Assembly (NCBI GenBank): GCA_907165135.1
Contig: OU015566.1
Location: forward strand, 2,914,001 to 2,978,000
Length of the DNA: 64,000 nt
Reading direction: 5' to 3'
DNA from: Oikopleura dioica
Lineage: Eukaryota; Animalia; Chordata
Under the pieces are notes generated by a model. That model was not told the origin of the DNA. It saw only the letters and a list, made by a program, of their open reading frames with translations, and did not search any database. Shown one piece after another: positions 9,903-21,819 of the stretch; positions within the stretch are counted from its first letter, which is position 1; each line of letters starts with the position of its first letter. The position numbers were made by a program, and so were the translations under genes.

Positions 9903-11777
9903 TTATGCCCATTTTAAAGGAAAGCAAAGATTAAGTCTTCCGTAGTCAGTTTTTTCTTCTCTTTCTTCTATCAACCTCAAATTCTCATCGAGTTTATTTT
10001 GAAGTCTGGCGATGATCGGCTTTGCCCATTCTTTCTCAAACTGATTAACAGTTTCGTCTGGATTTTGCTCGAGATTATAAAACTCGGAAATTTCCGGGAT
10101 GAGTTTCCACTTGTTCCATCTGATCGATTGAATTCCTTGGTAGACGGCATGAGTCATGATCCACTGCGGTCCTTTGATCTCATCAGAGGCGCCGGTCAGA
10201 AGAGGGAGGAGGGAGCGGCTGTCGGGCCCTTCGTTGCAGGAGGGGGAGTAGTTGATGATGTCGGAAAGAGTTCTAGAGAAGAGTTAATTAAAGAATATTT
10301 TTCAAAAGGAATTTACCTGAAAACATCGACATAGGAGACGACTTTGTCCTCCACTGTCTTCGCCGGAAACTGCTTTGGGTACCACCACATGAAGGGCAAT
10401 CGATGACCTCCTTCCCAGTTGTAGTTTTTAAACCCCTTCAATTGCCAGTGCTCGCCTCCAAGGTCGATGGCATTTTGAGTGTGATTGTAGAGAATTCTGT
10501 TGAACTCGCTGGAATGGTCCGCTCCGTTGTCCGACATGAGCAGAATCAAAGTATTGTGGATTTTGCCCGTTTCTTCCAGGGTTTTGAAGAGATTTCCGAC
10601 GATGTCGTCTGCCTCGGCGATCATGTCTCCAACGACACCGGCTTCGGTCGTGTTTCGGAAGCGAAGGGGGGAGTTGAAAGGACGATGACCAGAACGCATC
10701 CCGTAGTAGGTGAAGAAAGGAGTGGTGGAGGCTTCTTGCGAGCGGATGAAATCGAAAAGCTTGTTGGAAACGACCTCGTCCATCGTTCTGAAAATGGCTC
10801 GGAAGGGCAAAAACTGAAAGAAAATTACCTAGAATCGTAGTTTTTTTGCGCGACCATCGATCTGGGATAGTTGCCCATCAGAACCTCCCCAAAAGTTTCT
10901 TCCTCGAACCAGGGAGCAGCAACGTAAGCCCCGACCCCAAATTCTTCTCTGTTAATCCTGGCAGTATCGTTTCGAATAGAGCCTTCCGGGAAGGTCCGTT
11001 GAATAGCCCATTCAGTAAAGGGCTCAGTTTGGAGACCGTTTTCGAAATATCCGTTTGGTTGGCAGCAAGGGGAGCCTAAATTTTGGGTCAGAAAAGAAGA
11101 ATGGCGATTCTAGCGCTTGCCTGAGGTAAATGAATAGTCGTAGTCAAAATCTTTTACTTCCGAAACCGGTTTCGTATAATTTCCCGGAACTTGATAAAGC
11201 CTTTTCTCATCTCCAGGAGTTCTGCTTTGCGGATTTTTATAGCTAATTTTCTTCCATTCTAGAACCTTTCTTCTTTGTTCGGCTCGTTCTTCAGGCGTCT
11301 GGTCCATATTGAGCGTTTCAGTTTTCAGCGGCTGCGATTTTCCGAAAATTCCAGTCGTGTAGCCCGCTTTTTTGAACATTTGGCCGAGGTGGGGTTCGCG
11401 GCCGGCTTTTAGAATTCGGTTCTTGCCCTCTAGAAAATGGTTAAGGGAAACGAGGGTTCAGGAAGGGGATATCTTACGTTGCATGGAATATCGGCCTGTC
11501 ATGAGCATGTATCGACTCGGTCCGCAACGAGCTGAACCAGCATGAGCATCCTAGAATAAAAAATCCGATGACTCATCGGCGATGAGATTTTTATCGTTAC
11601 CTTGAAGTTGACTCCTTCTGTCCCCAATCTATCAATATTCGGCGTCGGGACTTTTCCTCTCGCTTGATTTACTCTGAAATCCCCAACTCCAAAGTCATCT
11701 GCAATCAAAATGATTACATTTGGTCTCTCATCGCAAAAAATATTTGAAAAAAGAGAAAAATATTTTGCAAGTTTCAT
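9903..11777 (-). CDS. Arylsulfatase (formylglycine-dependent S1 sulfatase), multi-exon
   Basis: PNVIILIADDFG, TPNIDRL, DAHAGSARCGPSRYMLMTGRY (CxPSR), GYTTGIFGK, NTLILLMSDNG, EGGHRLPF, WKLI and FYNLEQNPDE motifs. Confidence 0.92.
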
Positions 11778-12396
11778 TTCTTTTTCAAATTCGTTTTTTT
11801 CAATTCTAGTTCACTTTTCTTGCGTCTGATTGAACGGATCACGAAAATGCGGCTCTAACTTGTTTTGAGTAAAAATATTCGAATTCCGTTGAATACCGTT
11901 TCTTGGGGATTTGATAATTTTACGAAGTAGGGCAATTCTATTAGGTCGAAATTATTATGTTTTCCCATTTTTTTGTCATTATTGCAGATAATCGTCAATT
12001 CGACTTTATTTATAGCGGACAGAAACCTTACGTAATGATTTTCATCCTTTTTCCGCATTGTTGTTAGTTCTTCTCTAAGACATCTTGTAAGAAATGTCTT
12101 TTTGTTATCTTTTGACATGGAAAAGCAAGATCAATTTCTAATGTCGCTTTTCTGATTTTCAGTCTTGTTCGTAAGGGCCCTTGGTCATTATCTAATCTTC
12201 TCTTTTTAGTTTTCAAAATCCATTTTAGTCGATAAAGTCAAGTGCATCGCCAAACCTCCGAAAAACGAAGTGGGTTCAATCGGGATCATTTTTTTATCAA
12301 AAAAAAAAAGAAGAAAAAAAATGAGGAAAAACGGACGATTTTGAGTTTATTTTTTGATTATTTTTAATAAAATTTTTTATGACAGTATTAAGAATT

Positions 12397-12841
12397 TCAT
12401 GTTTCGAGGAAGTTCATGTAGGGCTTGAATTTTGAAGAAGATCGCATTGGATCGGAATCGCCGTAGTCGTTCATCAAAGAGTCTGACATGCCATCTTCAT
12501 AAACGCTAGAAAATCACATTATTATATCTTGTTCGATAAGAATTTTTTGAGAATAGGGGCTGCAGGGGCCCCCGGGGGTGTTATTTTTCAGAGGGATAAG
12601 GGTTGGGGAAGGGTTCTTAAGGGTATCACTTCGGTATTTCTTTTAAAAATCCAGCATCGAAATTTCCATTCAAATAATTCACATGCGGATTTTTCTCCCC
12701 TAATTTCATGAGGAGAACCCCTTAATTTTTGACTTACTAGTTCCATGGATTAAAGTTTCCAGCATCTCCCCTCGTCGGACTTCTTGGAAACATCGCCTGG
12801 CTGATTCCAGCAAAAACAGAAAAGATCAAAAAATTCTTCAT
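12397..12841 (-). CDS. Small secreted orphan peptide (70 aa, 2 exons) with an RGD motif
   Basis: MKNFLIFSVFAGISQA-MFPRSPTRGDAGNFNPWN|YVYEDGMSDSLMNDYGDSDPMRSSSKFKPYMNFLET*. Canonical intron 12506-12737. Confidence 0.65.
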
Positions 12842-13965
12842 TCAATTTTAATTTCGCAAATATTTTTGGTTGCTTTTTAAATACAAAGGAGGAAAAGAAG
12901 AATTGGTCGCGTTTTTATAGAAAACGAACGTTCGCTGAGCGCCATCTGTGGCATGTTTTTTACCGCGAAAAGCTGTTGCTCTTACGTGCTGCGTTTGTTT
13001 CAATGAAAGATGACTGATGTCCGTCAAAATTTGATGCTAATGAATGTTGGTTCGCGGAGACGTAGAATTCGCACTTTTTGATTTGACAAAAAATGCTTTT
13101 ACCTCAGTTCACGTCAGTTCTACCAGACAAATGGCAATTTTGAATATTTTCCAAAAAAATTGTTAACTATTTTTTAATCAAAAACTCTTTTTGTCCCTTG
13201 AAATTTCATTTTAAATGACTTATTTTCAAATATATATTAAAATTATTTGGAAAAGAAGAATTATTTTACTTATTTTTGCTTATCTTTAAGGGGGTAGAAC
13301 TAGGATTTTCAAAGTCGGATTTTCAAATTTTTCTTTTCAGATTCTTAAAGCTTAGCTCATGCAAAATAAAACTTATCATTACAACTTTTTCCATCCGCCA
13401 ATCAAAATCGAGAAAAAAACGATTTTAGTTTAATCGATTCCTGCGTTGAGCGTTGATCCCTGCCATAATAGTTTTGATCTTTTTTCATGATTTTTACAGT
13501 AAACACGTGCTTAGAAATCAAAATTATTCATAGAGAATATACTAAAATATTTTTACTATTATTTATATATTCTAATTTATGGAAAAAATAAGGAAAGATA
13601 AGCAAAGACTAATTTTCTTTTTCAGAGTTTTCTTTATTTTCGACTTCTTTCTTCTTTCGTTTTTCTTCTCGATCAGCAATTTCCTTCTCAGCTTTTCGCT
13701 CTTTCTCCAGCTTCGTTCGATAAACACTTGTCTTGTTATAAGTTCCAAGAGTCGCCCTTCTTTTGAACTTATTTTCAATTTTCGTCAACTTTTGTGATCG
13801 ACGATTAGCATCAGCAGCTTTCTTCAATGACTGCAATTTTTCGATAACAGGATCATTGAGCGTAAATCCAAGTTTTGTTGAAATCAAGGAAAAAGCATTA
13901 GCCTCTCCTTCGTTCCAAATTATTGTACCAACAGACACTGATGCTTCAGCGAGAAGAGACGGAAC

Positions 13966-14196
13966 CAGAGTTTGAAAAAATGGTCAAGCCATTTGTGAAT
14001 TCTAGCCTTGAGCGTCATTTCTGGTAAAGAAGCGTCCTTTCGAGCTTGTTCCTTGATCCAAGTCAGCCTGAAAAGGATGAAATGAAAAGAGCATAAAATG
14101 ACCCTTGCTCATACTCTGTCGCTCATAACAAAAATTAGACTGTGGCCTCTCGAGCTAACATATTTATGCATGATTTTAGCATTTTTTCAAACTCTG
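13966..14196. mobile_element. 231-bp MITE nested in the transposase (CAG..CTG ends, hAT-like)
   Basis: CAGAGTTTGAAAAAATG ... CATTTTTTCAAACTCTG perfect 17-bp TIR. Removing it plus 8 flanking bases restores the transposase reading frame. Confidence 0.7.
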
Positions 14197-15207
14197 GTCG
14201 AGACGGTCACTATCTTTGATTTGTCGATGAGGGATCGAGAGGTGAGCAGGGCATGAAATGCTTCTACGAAGCTTGTCGAGGCGGATTTTCTCATGATTTT
14301 AAAAAAATCGGTATTTTCAAAATACGCAATTTTCATTTCATCAAGGAATGAAGCCAGTTGTGCATCAGGGTTCTTCTTCGCGCTTTCTCGATCAAAAATC
14401 GGGATTTTTCTGCTGCATTTTTCTGGATCCAAACAGTTGTCATGCTGGTTGTTGCAGTGTTGAATGAAATATCGAAAACGAGCTCGAATCGTCTCATCTT
14501 CATAAAAATCTTCATCTTCTCCAATTTCCTTGATCAACCGAGCAATAAGAGTTTGAAGGCTAAAAATATAAATTGAGTTCATTTTCAATAGTTACTCTAA
14601 AAACCAAGCGTGAAATACAAAACCGTTTTATTTTGACTTATCTGAAGGTCAAAAGTCAACCCGTTTTTCGCTTTTCATGATGATGTCTTTCCCAACTTCG
14701 CTAAAAACGCTGTGTGTTCGCACTTTTCATCAGACACTGATGAAAACAAGAGTATTTATCGATCAAAATGAATTGTGAGAATTGTAATTTGAAAGAAAAA
14801 TGTTTTCGTAGAACTCACCCTTGAATGAATCGTCGTTTACAGTTTCCACCAAAGCAATTTGGATAAAACAGCTTTACTGTTTTATCAATGGTCTCCACAC
14901 GATTACTGACGTTTTTCAAAACGTGCGCTGTAATTTGATAGTAAAATAAATCCAAAGATTATAAGTACCTTTGTCGCGCAAAAAAAATAATTGCTTCTTC
15001 AGAAAGAATAACATCTCCAGCCTTTTTTGAGTCAGGAGAATAATGCTTCGTGTAAAGCAAAGGATGCTTGTACTTGATGTCTCCATCCGTCGCGAATCGG
15101 AGCGGCTTAGAAGTGGTTTCATGGAGTGGGAGAAGAACATCAGTCGCCATTTTTGTGAAAGAAAGATATTCCATTTCATCTAATATTACTGTCATATAAC
15201 GCAAAAA

Positions 15208-15259
15208 AGCCCCCTAGGTGGCAGGAGAATAAATTTATTCTCCTGCCACCTAGGGGGCT
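15208..15259. repeat. Perfect 52-bp palindrome inside a transposase intron
   Basis: AGCCCCCTAGGTGGCAGGAGAATAAA|TTTATTCTCCTGCCACCTAGGGGGCT: 26-bp arms, no spacer. Confidence 0.95.
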
Positions 15260-18074
15260 GAGGTATAAAGAACTTACTGGCTTTACAATGTGCGATTTGA
15301 CCAGGTCCATCACAGTTCGAAGTGTCTGATCTTTTCTGGACATAATTACTGATAATCTTTGGTCTATCATCGTCGGTCACGTTCTGCGGAACCATCATCG
15401 TTGTATAGCTACAGGCGTAACTTTTGAATCCCGTTGTCAACTTTATGAAAGTTTGGAAAAAAGTAAAATGCTAATAGTGATTTTTTATCATTTTCATTTC
15501 AAACTCTTGCCTTATCATTTGGTTCAATATACATTGTCATGGATTATGGGAAAAAAGGAGACCTGGTTAGGTACATCCAGAAAAATAATGCATTAGATGA
15601 AAGTGTAGCGCAAAAATGCTCTTTGACAACTTTATCGAATAAATAAGAACCGTTCATATTGTCCGTCTCCAGCAAAATAGATTCCCGAATTAGGATCGTC
15701 AAGCTGAAGTCGGCGCTCTGCTTTCGCTTTGTAAGAACTCATATTTTCGTCAGAAATTTTCATCAGAGAAACATGAACATCTTTTCTCACTTTACCAAAA
15801 GCAGAATCGGATCGAGTCAAATTGACGCTATTTGATTGACCATTTTTCAAAACCGCTCCAAAATTGAGAAACAGGAGTAGTCTTTGAGCATTGACTGTTC
15901 GAATTCCGGAAACAGTGCAGCCAGCTGCAAACTGTCTATTGAAATTTTCAGAAACAGTTTTGAACTGTATCTTCTCGCCGCATTGGCAAGCGAACTGAAT
16001 GCTGAAACCGACGCCAATCAAACTGGTCAAACTTTTTTAGGGTTATACAAGACCGGCAAGAACAAGTGGTTATTCCAGAAGCTCCGATTCTAAATTTTTA
16101 GAAATCCCATTCCTTGGTAGAAAATACGCATTTCTACAATTCTGAGAATGGGTGACAACATCGTTGACAAGCTGGCACAATTTGAAGTAATTGACAAACA
16201 TGTTTGTAAACTAAATTTAGTGATCGTAATGTATTAGAAAAAATATGTGTTCGGGTCTAAGTTTGTTATCAAAATCTAAAAATGCAAATCTATAATAATC
16301 TTACTTCATTTTTTTCAAAAGATGTGCTCGAGCTGGAAGATGATGATGACCTTGCACTAGAAGAAGGAGGAAACGAAGGTCTAAAGCCTTTTTTATTTCT
16401 CTTATCTGCTGGACTCATTTCAAAATTTGAATTTGATTTTATAAAGTGCGAGATTTTGATGCTTTTCCTGCCCTGCTTCAGTATTTTCGACCCGCGACGG
16501 CGCGAGCTATCCTAATCAAAAAGTCATCGTCAAAAATGATATTTTTCGATCATATTTTTGATAAGAAAGAATATTTAATTTATTGACAACAAAAAACGAG
16601 TAAAAAGAAGACGATAACAGTCAGTATATTCATCACATTTCGAATTTTTCTTCCTTGATTTTGGCCGATCCGCGATTTTCGACTTCCAGTTTTCGAGCGC
16701 TTCGATTACGTTATCATTTTTTATGATTGGACAATTTCCTTTAAAATGTTGTTAGAAAAAGGGTTAAACTGTCTTAAAATGAAATTTAAAAAATTTGGCT
16801 AGTCACGTGACTCGAGAAATTTGAGGACGCGAATGGGCTAAAATCGCGATTTTTGAAGGGATGGGTGGACGTTTGGCTCTCTACCGCGGAAATCTGTTGA
16901 CGAAAAAAATTTTTAAGAAAAATGTTGTTAGATCTAGGTTTGCTTTATCTTCAGCCGAAGAGAGAATAAGAATATCTAAGCTTGTTTAGCTTTGAGCGCC
17001 GGTCTAGAATTGCCTATTTTCAAAAATCCTAGTTCTACCCCCTTAATGCTTTATTTGAATTTTTTCGGACGAAACTTAAGGGTATCCCCGTAATAAAAAA
17101 TTTTGCTTTAGAGCTTATCTTCAGCTTTTAATAATAAGGCCTATGTTTTTATTTTACATTTATTTTTTGCCCGATTTTTAGTCAGACTTCAAGACGGTAA
17201 CTAAAGTTGTTTCAACCATCTCGGAATGTTGGAATATTGTTTGAAACATTGTCAACGACGATGCTTATCATTAGAAGCCTAGTTTATTCCACAACAATTG
17301 CATATGTTTCTGCGGTTTATAAAGACGCCGCAAAGTGGAGAGAATGATCAGGATTAATGCCATAATGACGCAATGGCAGATTCAAAAACTGAGATTTCGA
17401 TATGCAGCTGCGTATTAATTATGTTCAGATTAATTAATCAAAAAGGCTTTAGAGGCGACCAATGCTCCATCATTGACGATGTTCAATATTTATTTGATGA
17501 TGATGGGCATGAGCGTATTGGAGCGAGAATATTTTTTGAAGGGCTATTATTAAGGGTGTCAACATCGATTTCGCCATTTTTTCGTACGCAGTTTAGGCAC
17601 TACCCCCTTAAAAATCGACCGAGAAAATCGGCCAAGAAATCTCATTTCCTGGGAAAAACTCGATATTCGGACGTCGAAATCGTTCAATTCTTTTTACTTA
17701 TTGACAGCTTCGTTTTATCGACGGTACGAATTCGACAATTGCTAATTGACAAATCTTCTTGTCAGACTGCTTTCATCAATTATTACCGAGAAGAACATGA
17801 ACTTCAAATTAAAAATAGACGAATTAAAATGTGATTGACAGATTTTGTCTGATTGACAAGACATGTCACATGTCACCTTTCATTTTGAGTCGGAAATTTG
17901 TTTTTTCGAGGAAATGCAGGAATTATTCTTAGTAGCCAAAAAGTTAAATTTAGAATTTTTTTCATCATGAAAAAGAAGCGCAGAATGGTCCAAATATACA
18001 AGTTTTTTATTGGTAAAATCAGTAAGTAAGGTTTAAATAAGCAGAATGAATATTTCATTTCGATCGAAAACAGC

Positions 18075-19441
18075 TTAGAAATTGCTCAGCTTCAATTGCC
18101 TCTTGATCGACTTTTTGCTCTTTTTGGCCTTTTTCTTCGCCTGAGTCGCAGCCTCTTTCTGCTTTTTCTCTTTCTTGATCGCTTCTTCAGTCAGCCAGTC
18201 TTCGTATCGTCTAACCGCTCCGTTCAGTCGCTTTACAGTGTTGTCTACTCGCTGGCTGACGTTTTCGATCTTCTTGCATTTTGACAAATAAACGGCGGTG
18301 AACTTTTTATACCCATTGAAGAGCTTTTTGATTTTGTTTCCAGCATGTTCCGCGAAACTCCTTTGGATGCCTAAAATACTTAATTAATTTAGAAAACTTG
18401 AAATTTGAAAATTTGATTCGGAATCGCAATTATGTCATATTTTTGACCGGCTTCATTTGAAAAAAGAAGCATATTGAGATCAACCATCTTTTTGGCGATT
18501 AAATAGTCGTCCAACAAACATATGACAAGTCTTATCTTGGATCGACAACTCGACTCGCCGGTGAACGAAGAGAAATGACGCTACTACTCTCTGTAATCAC
18601 CCCCAGATTCTCATGTAAAACCGGTCTTACCTCCAACATCATTGCCAAATAGAAAGTCGAAGTCGCTTCCCAAATTGCGCCTGACTGATTCGGACTCGTC
18701 GAAAAAATCGTCCCAGTAGTCTGATAAGACTTCCACTGCTTCTCGAAAGCCTTCATCTCCAGAACCAGAGGTTGCTAAAATCAGATGTTAATGGATTGCC
18801 ACTGCTAATGGAGCTTTCTTTTTTTGCCTTTTTCTGTCAGTTTTTTGTGGAATAAAAGCTTACTTAGCCCAAATCTTAAAATCTAAAGGTCTACGGATAA
18901 TTGACACTCAATTCACAATTGTCAATAAATCGGGAAATCTTGGCTTAGCATTGTTTTTCATGGGGACTGGACTTACAGTCATAATCCTCGTCTCGGCGGC
19001 GTCTTCTTCGGCGGCCCTTGCCGATGATGTTGTCTCCGTTGAGATCGACATTCCAGTCTTCTTCGAATTTCGTGATGGAAATGGGGTCGTAGCCGCATTT
19101 TTCGAGGAATTCGGCCAAAGCTTTCTGAAAGAAAAATTTGTTGAAAAGCAGGAAAAAGAATAAAAGGAACTGTATCTTACTGTGAATTATCCTCTGCATT
19201 TTCTTACCTGCATCTTGTGGAGCTTATGAATGTAGTTATCCGCTCTTGGCCAATCGGCGAGGTAATCGACGTAAATTTTTTGTGTTCTTTGATTCAGTTT
19301 TGTCAATTTTCCACTGGCATCAGCGATCAATTCTTGAAAAAAAAAATAAAAAGAGTTTTTTAAGTTTATATTTTTACCTTTGTTATTTCTTGCTTTTCCC
19401 GCAAGAGCAAGAGCAAATTGGAGAATCGAAAAAATCTTCAT
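18075..19441 (-). CDS. Secreted helical protein with a polybasic (furin-type) site, acidic linker and Lys-rich tail
   Basis: Signal MKIFSILQFALALA. Exons give ...AEFLEKCGYDP...GRRRRRRRDEDYD...SDYWDDFFDESE...KKLFNGYKKFTAVYLSKCKK...LKLSNF*. One junction is unresolved. Confidence 0.7.
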
Positions 19442-19693
19442 CTTTTTCTTGGATTTTTTCTCTTTTTTGAAAAGATTTAAATATTTAAATCGTCAAATTT
19501 ATCGTTTGAAGAATTTTAATTTAATGCAATTAAGAGCTTTGATTATATATTAATGGCTCATGAGCGCCATCGGAGAATGCGCGATCATGAGAACCAGTTT
19601 CTTCCGACTAATCAGTGATGTTCCGGCTCTCGTTGATTGGGAATCAAATTTGATTGCTCAATCAAAAGGGCTTATTAGAACAGATCAAATCAG

Positions 19694-19727
19694 AACCCTA
19701 ACTCTAACCCCAACCCTAACCCTAACC
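19694..19727. repeat. Short degenerate interstitial (CCCTAA)n telomere-type repeat
   Basis: aaccctaactctaaccccaaccctaaccctaacc. Confidence 0.7.
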
Positions 19728-20295
19728 TGAAAAATAAAAGTTTATTTTCAAAATATTGAATTAAAACTTGCCCCTTGGGATATCATTTTTGCGTCATTAC
19801 AGTAACTAAAATGCTGTTAGCACAATAGAAAATAATTCGAAAAAATCTGCGGTTGATGAAGTGGATCAACACAGGCTTTTAACCGCTCATCCGCCTTTTA
19901 GGCAGGCGCATAATTTGACAGAAAGAGGTTCAAACTGTGAAAGGCAAGTCAAGTTTATACCCGCTTTTCTGTAACAATTTTTCAGTTTGTCAACTTATAA
20001 AAGGTCAATTTTTCTCAGCCAAAAATGCTCATGTGGACAAAAAACTGATAAAAAACCCAAAAGATTTATCTTGGTTAAGCTATTTATCAGCAGCTAAAAG
20101 CTGTATGACGAGGTCGGTTTCGAGATATTATTACCTTTAAAAAGAAGGCCAAAAACTACCGTATTTTTTCAAAAAATAAATCTCCAAAGTTCATGAAAAA
20201 TCGACAATAAAATCTTATTTCTTGTCAAATGTCATTTCTATTACCTCAATTCTGCCTCGACAAGAGTTCACTAGAAGAAAACCAAGTCTTCGAAA

Positions 20296-21819
20296 ATGAA
20301 GATTGCCCCTTTTTTGACTCTCGCTTCTGGCAATGCGCTGGATATGAAACGACTGCTTCCTGGAAACTTGCTCAGAGAAGCGCGAGAAAAATTTCAGATT
20401 TTTGACCCGATTCCAGAGGGAAGTTTTGGGGCAAAGCCGGTGGGGGATTTGAAACTTCCCCGGGGCGATTCTTCGATTGAAAAAGCTGATGAGCTTTGCA
20501 AGGTGAGATTTTTAGGAAGAAGGTCTTGTTGTCTATTTTTTCTTCAGAAAAATTTCGGAATAGAAGCTTACTCAGAATATCTTGCTGAAGGAGCTCAGGG
20601 TGTCGTGTACAAATGCGTCAATGATGTGACTGGAACAGCCGTTGCTCAAAAAATGTATAAAAACGTAAGCAACCTACTTTTGTAAGAATCCTAATAAACA
20701 TTCCTTACAGCCGTATTTCATCGACACCGATCGCGCGCGTCAAGTCGACCAAGCAATGGGTGACACGGGAAATGGCCCGGAAGTGTACGGCTTTGAAGAA
20801 TACAAACCCGACATCGGTGACATCGACTGCTGCGATTTGAGTGACTGCGATCCATTCTACGAAGGTTGTGCTGATTGCTCGTCTTGCCCGCAAGATGCGT
20901 ACTTTTGCAAATTCGAGGAGTTGCTCTTTGGAAAAAGCTTGGACAAGATTGAAGAACTGGGGGCGAATCAGCCGGAGATTTATCGAGTTGCTGCGAAACT
21001 GTTTGCGAAATTGCATACTGTGACGGAAGAGGAATTGCCGAGAAAGATGGACTACTGCTATCGAAGCTGGCCATGGAATACCAGGTAGATCCACATAAAC
21101 GATCTGTTGTTATCGATCTTTTTCTCAGAGCAATGGAAGCCGCCCTCAACAACTGGGGAACCAAGACCAGGGAATTCGTCACCTCCCTCATCAAAGAACA
21201 CCCTATCGAAGCTGGAACCATCAAGATCACCAATATCGACGAGTACATGGCATTCCTCTACGACCTCCAATACGCGACAATTTCCCCTGGTGTCTGGGCA
21301 CACAATGATCTTCACCCAGGAAACTTTTTCGTTCGGGACGCGCCGGAGGGCACGCCAATGGAGGAACGATTGTTGTTCATTGATTATGACAACTCTGATT
21401 TTGGACTGAGGAATTTCGACTTTACCTACTATCTCTTGAACTCTGACTTTTCAGATGAAGTCCTCTACGAAGACTTCTTGGGTAAGCTCCTCCTTTGTGC
21501 AATTTTTTTATTTGATAAGCTGCTTACGCTCGGGAATATACGAAAATTGGAGCCCGAGAACTCACTTATGAGCAGCTGAATCAAGAAGTTTTCTGCAACT
21601 TTCCGTTTGCCTACATGAACAGGGTCTATCTTTTTGCAACGTATGGCGGGGAGAATTTCGCGAAGCTGTATTACTATGGATTCATGGTTTGGGCCGAAGA
21701 ATATGGAAACGGGAATGGTCAGTTGAAGAGAAATATTTCGATAATTAGTCCTTTTTTTAGTGAGCTGCCCGTGGGAAGGTCGATATCCAGAGTATCCAAA
21801 GTGTTACCCAATTGCTTGA
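20296..21819 (+). CDS. Choline/ethanolamine kinase-like (APH/ChoK fold) protein with a predicted signal peptide and Cys-rich insert
   Basis: LAEGAQGVVYKC, VAQK, Brenner motif HNDLHPGN, LLFIDYDNSDFG.R.FDF. Six exons with GT-AG introns. Confidence 0.8.

Larger units (their letters stand above)
13609..16470 (-). pseudogene. Intron-containing Kolobok-type DDE transposase, disrupted
   Basis: Motifs in the expected order: CQCG, FAGDGQY..GFKSYACSYTTM, (N)EME, ATDGD, HCNNQHDNC, STSFVEAFH, IWNEG. Interrupted by an insertion at 13966-14196, with stops around 14650-14920. 5' end approximate. Confidence 0.7.
13290..17042 (-). mobile_element. Kolobok-like DNA transposon, 3.75 kb, probably decayed
   Basis: Perfect 20-bp TIRs GGGGGTAGAACTAGGATTTT, TTAA target duplication (13286-13289 and 17043-17046), and an internal spliced transposase. 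Confidence 0.85.

Noticed and set aside
10403-10840. 145-aa plus-strand ORF (and similar antisense ORFs at 20718-21248, 51120-51549 and 40113-40553)
   Set aside because: These are shadows of well-supported genes on the opposite strand and have no motifs of their own.
19694-19727. Telomere or chromosome-fusion scar
   Set aside because: Only about six degenerate units. Similar degenerate hexamers occur inside MITE or intron sequence at about 2869-2942 and 45490-45530.
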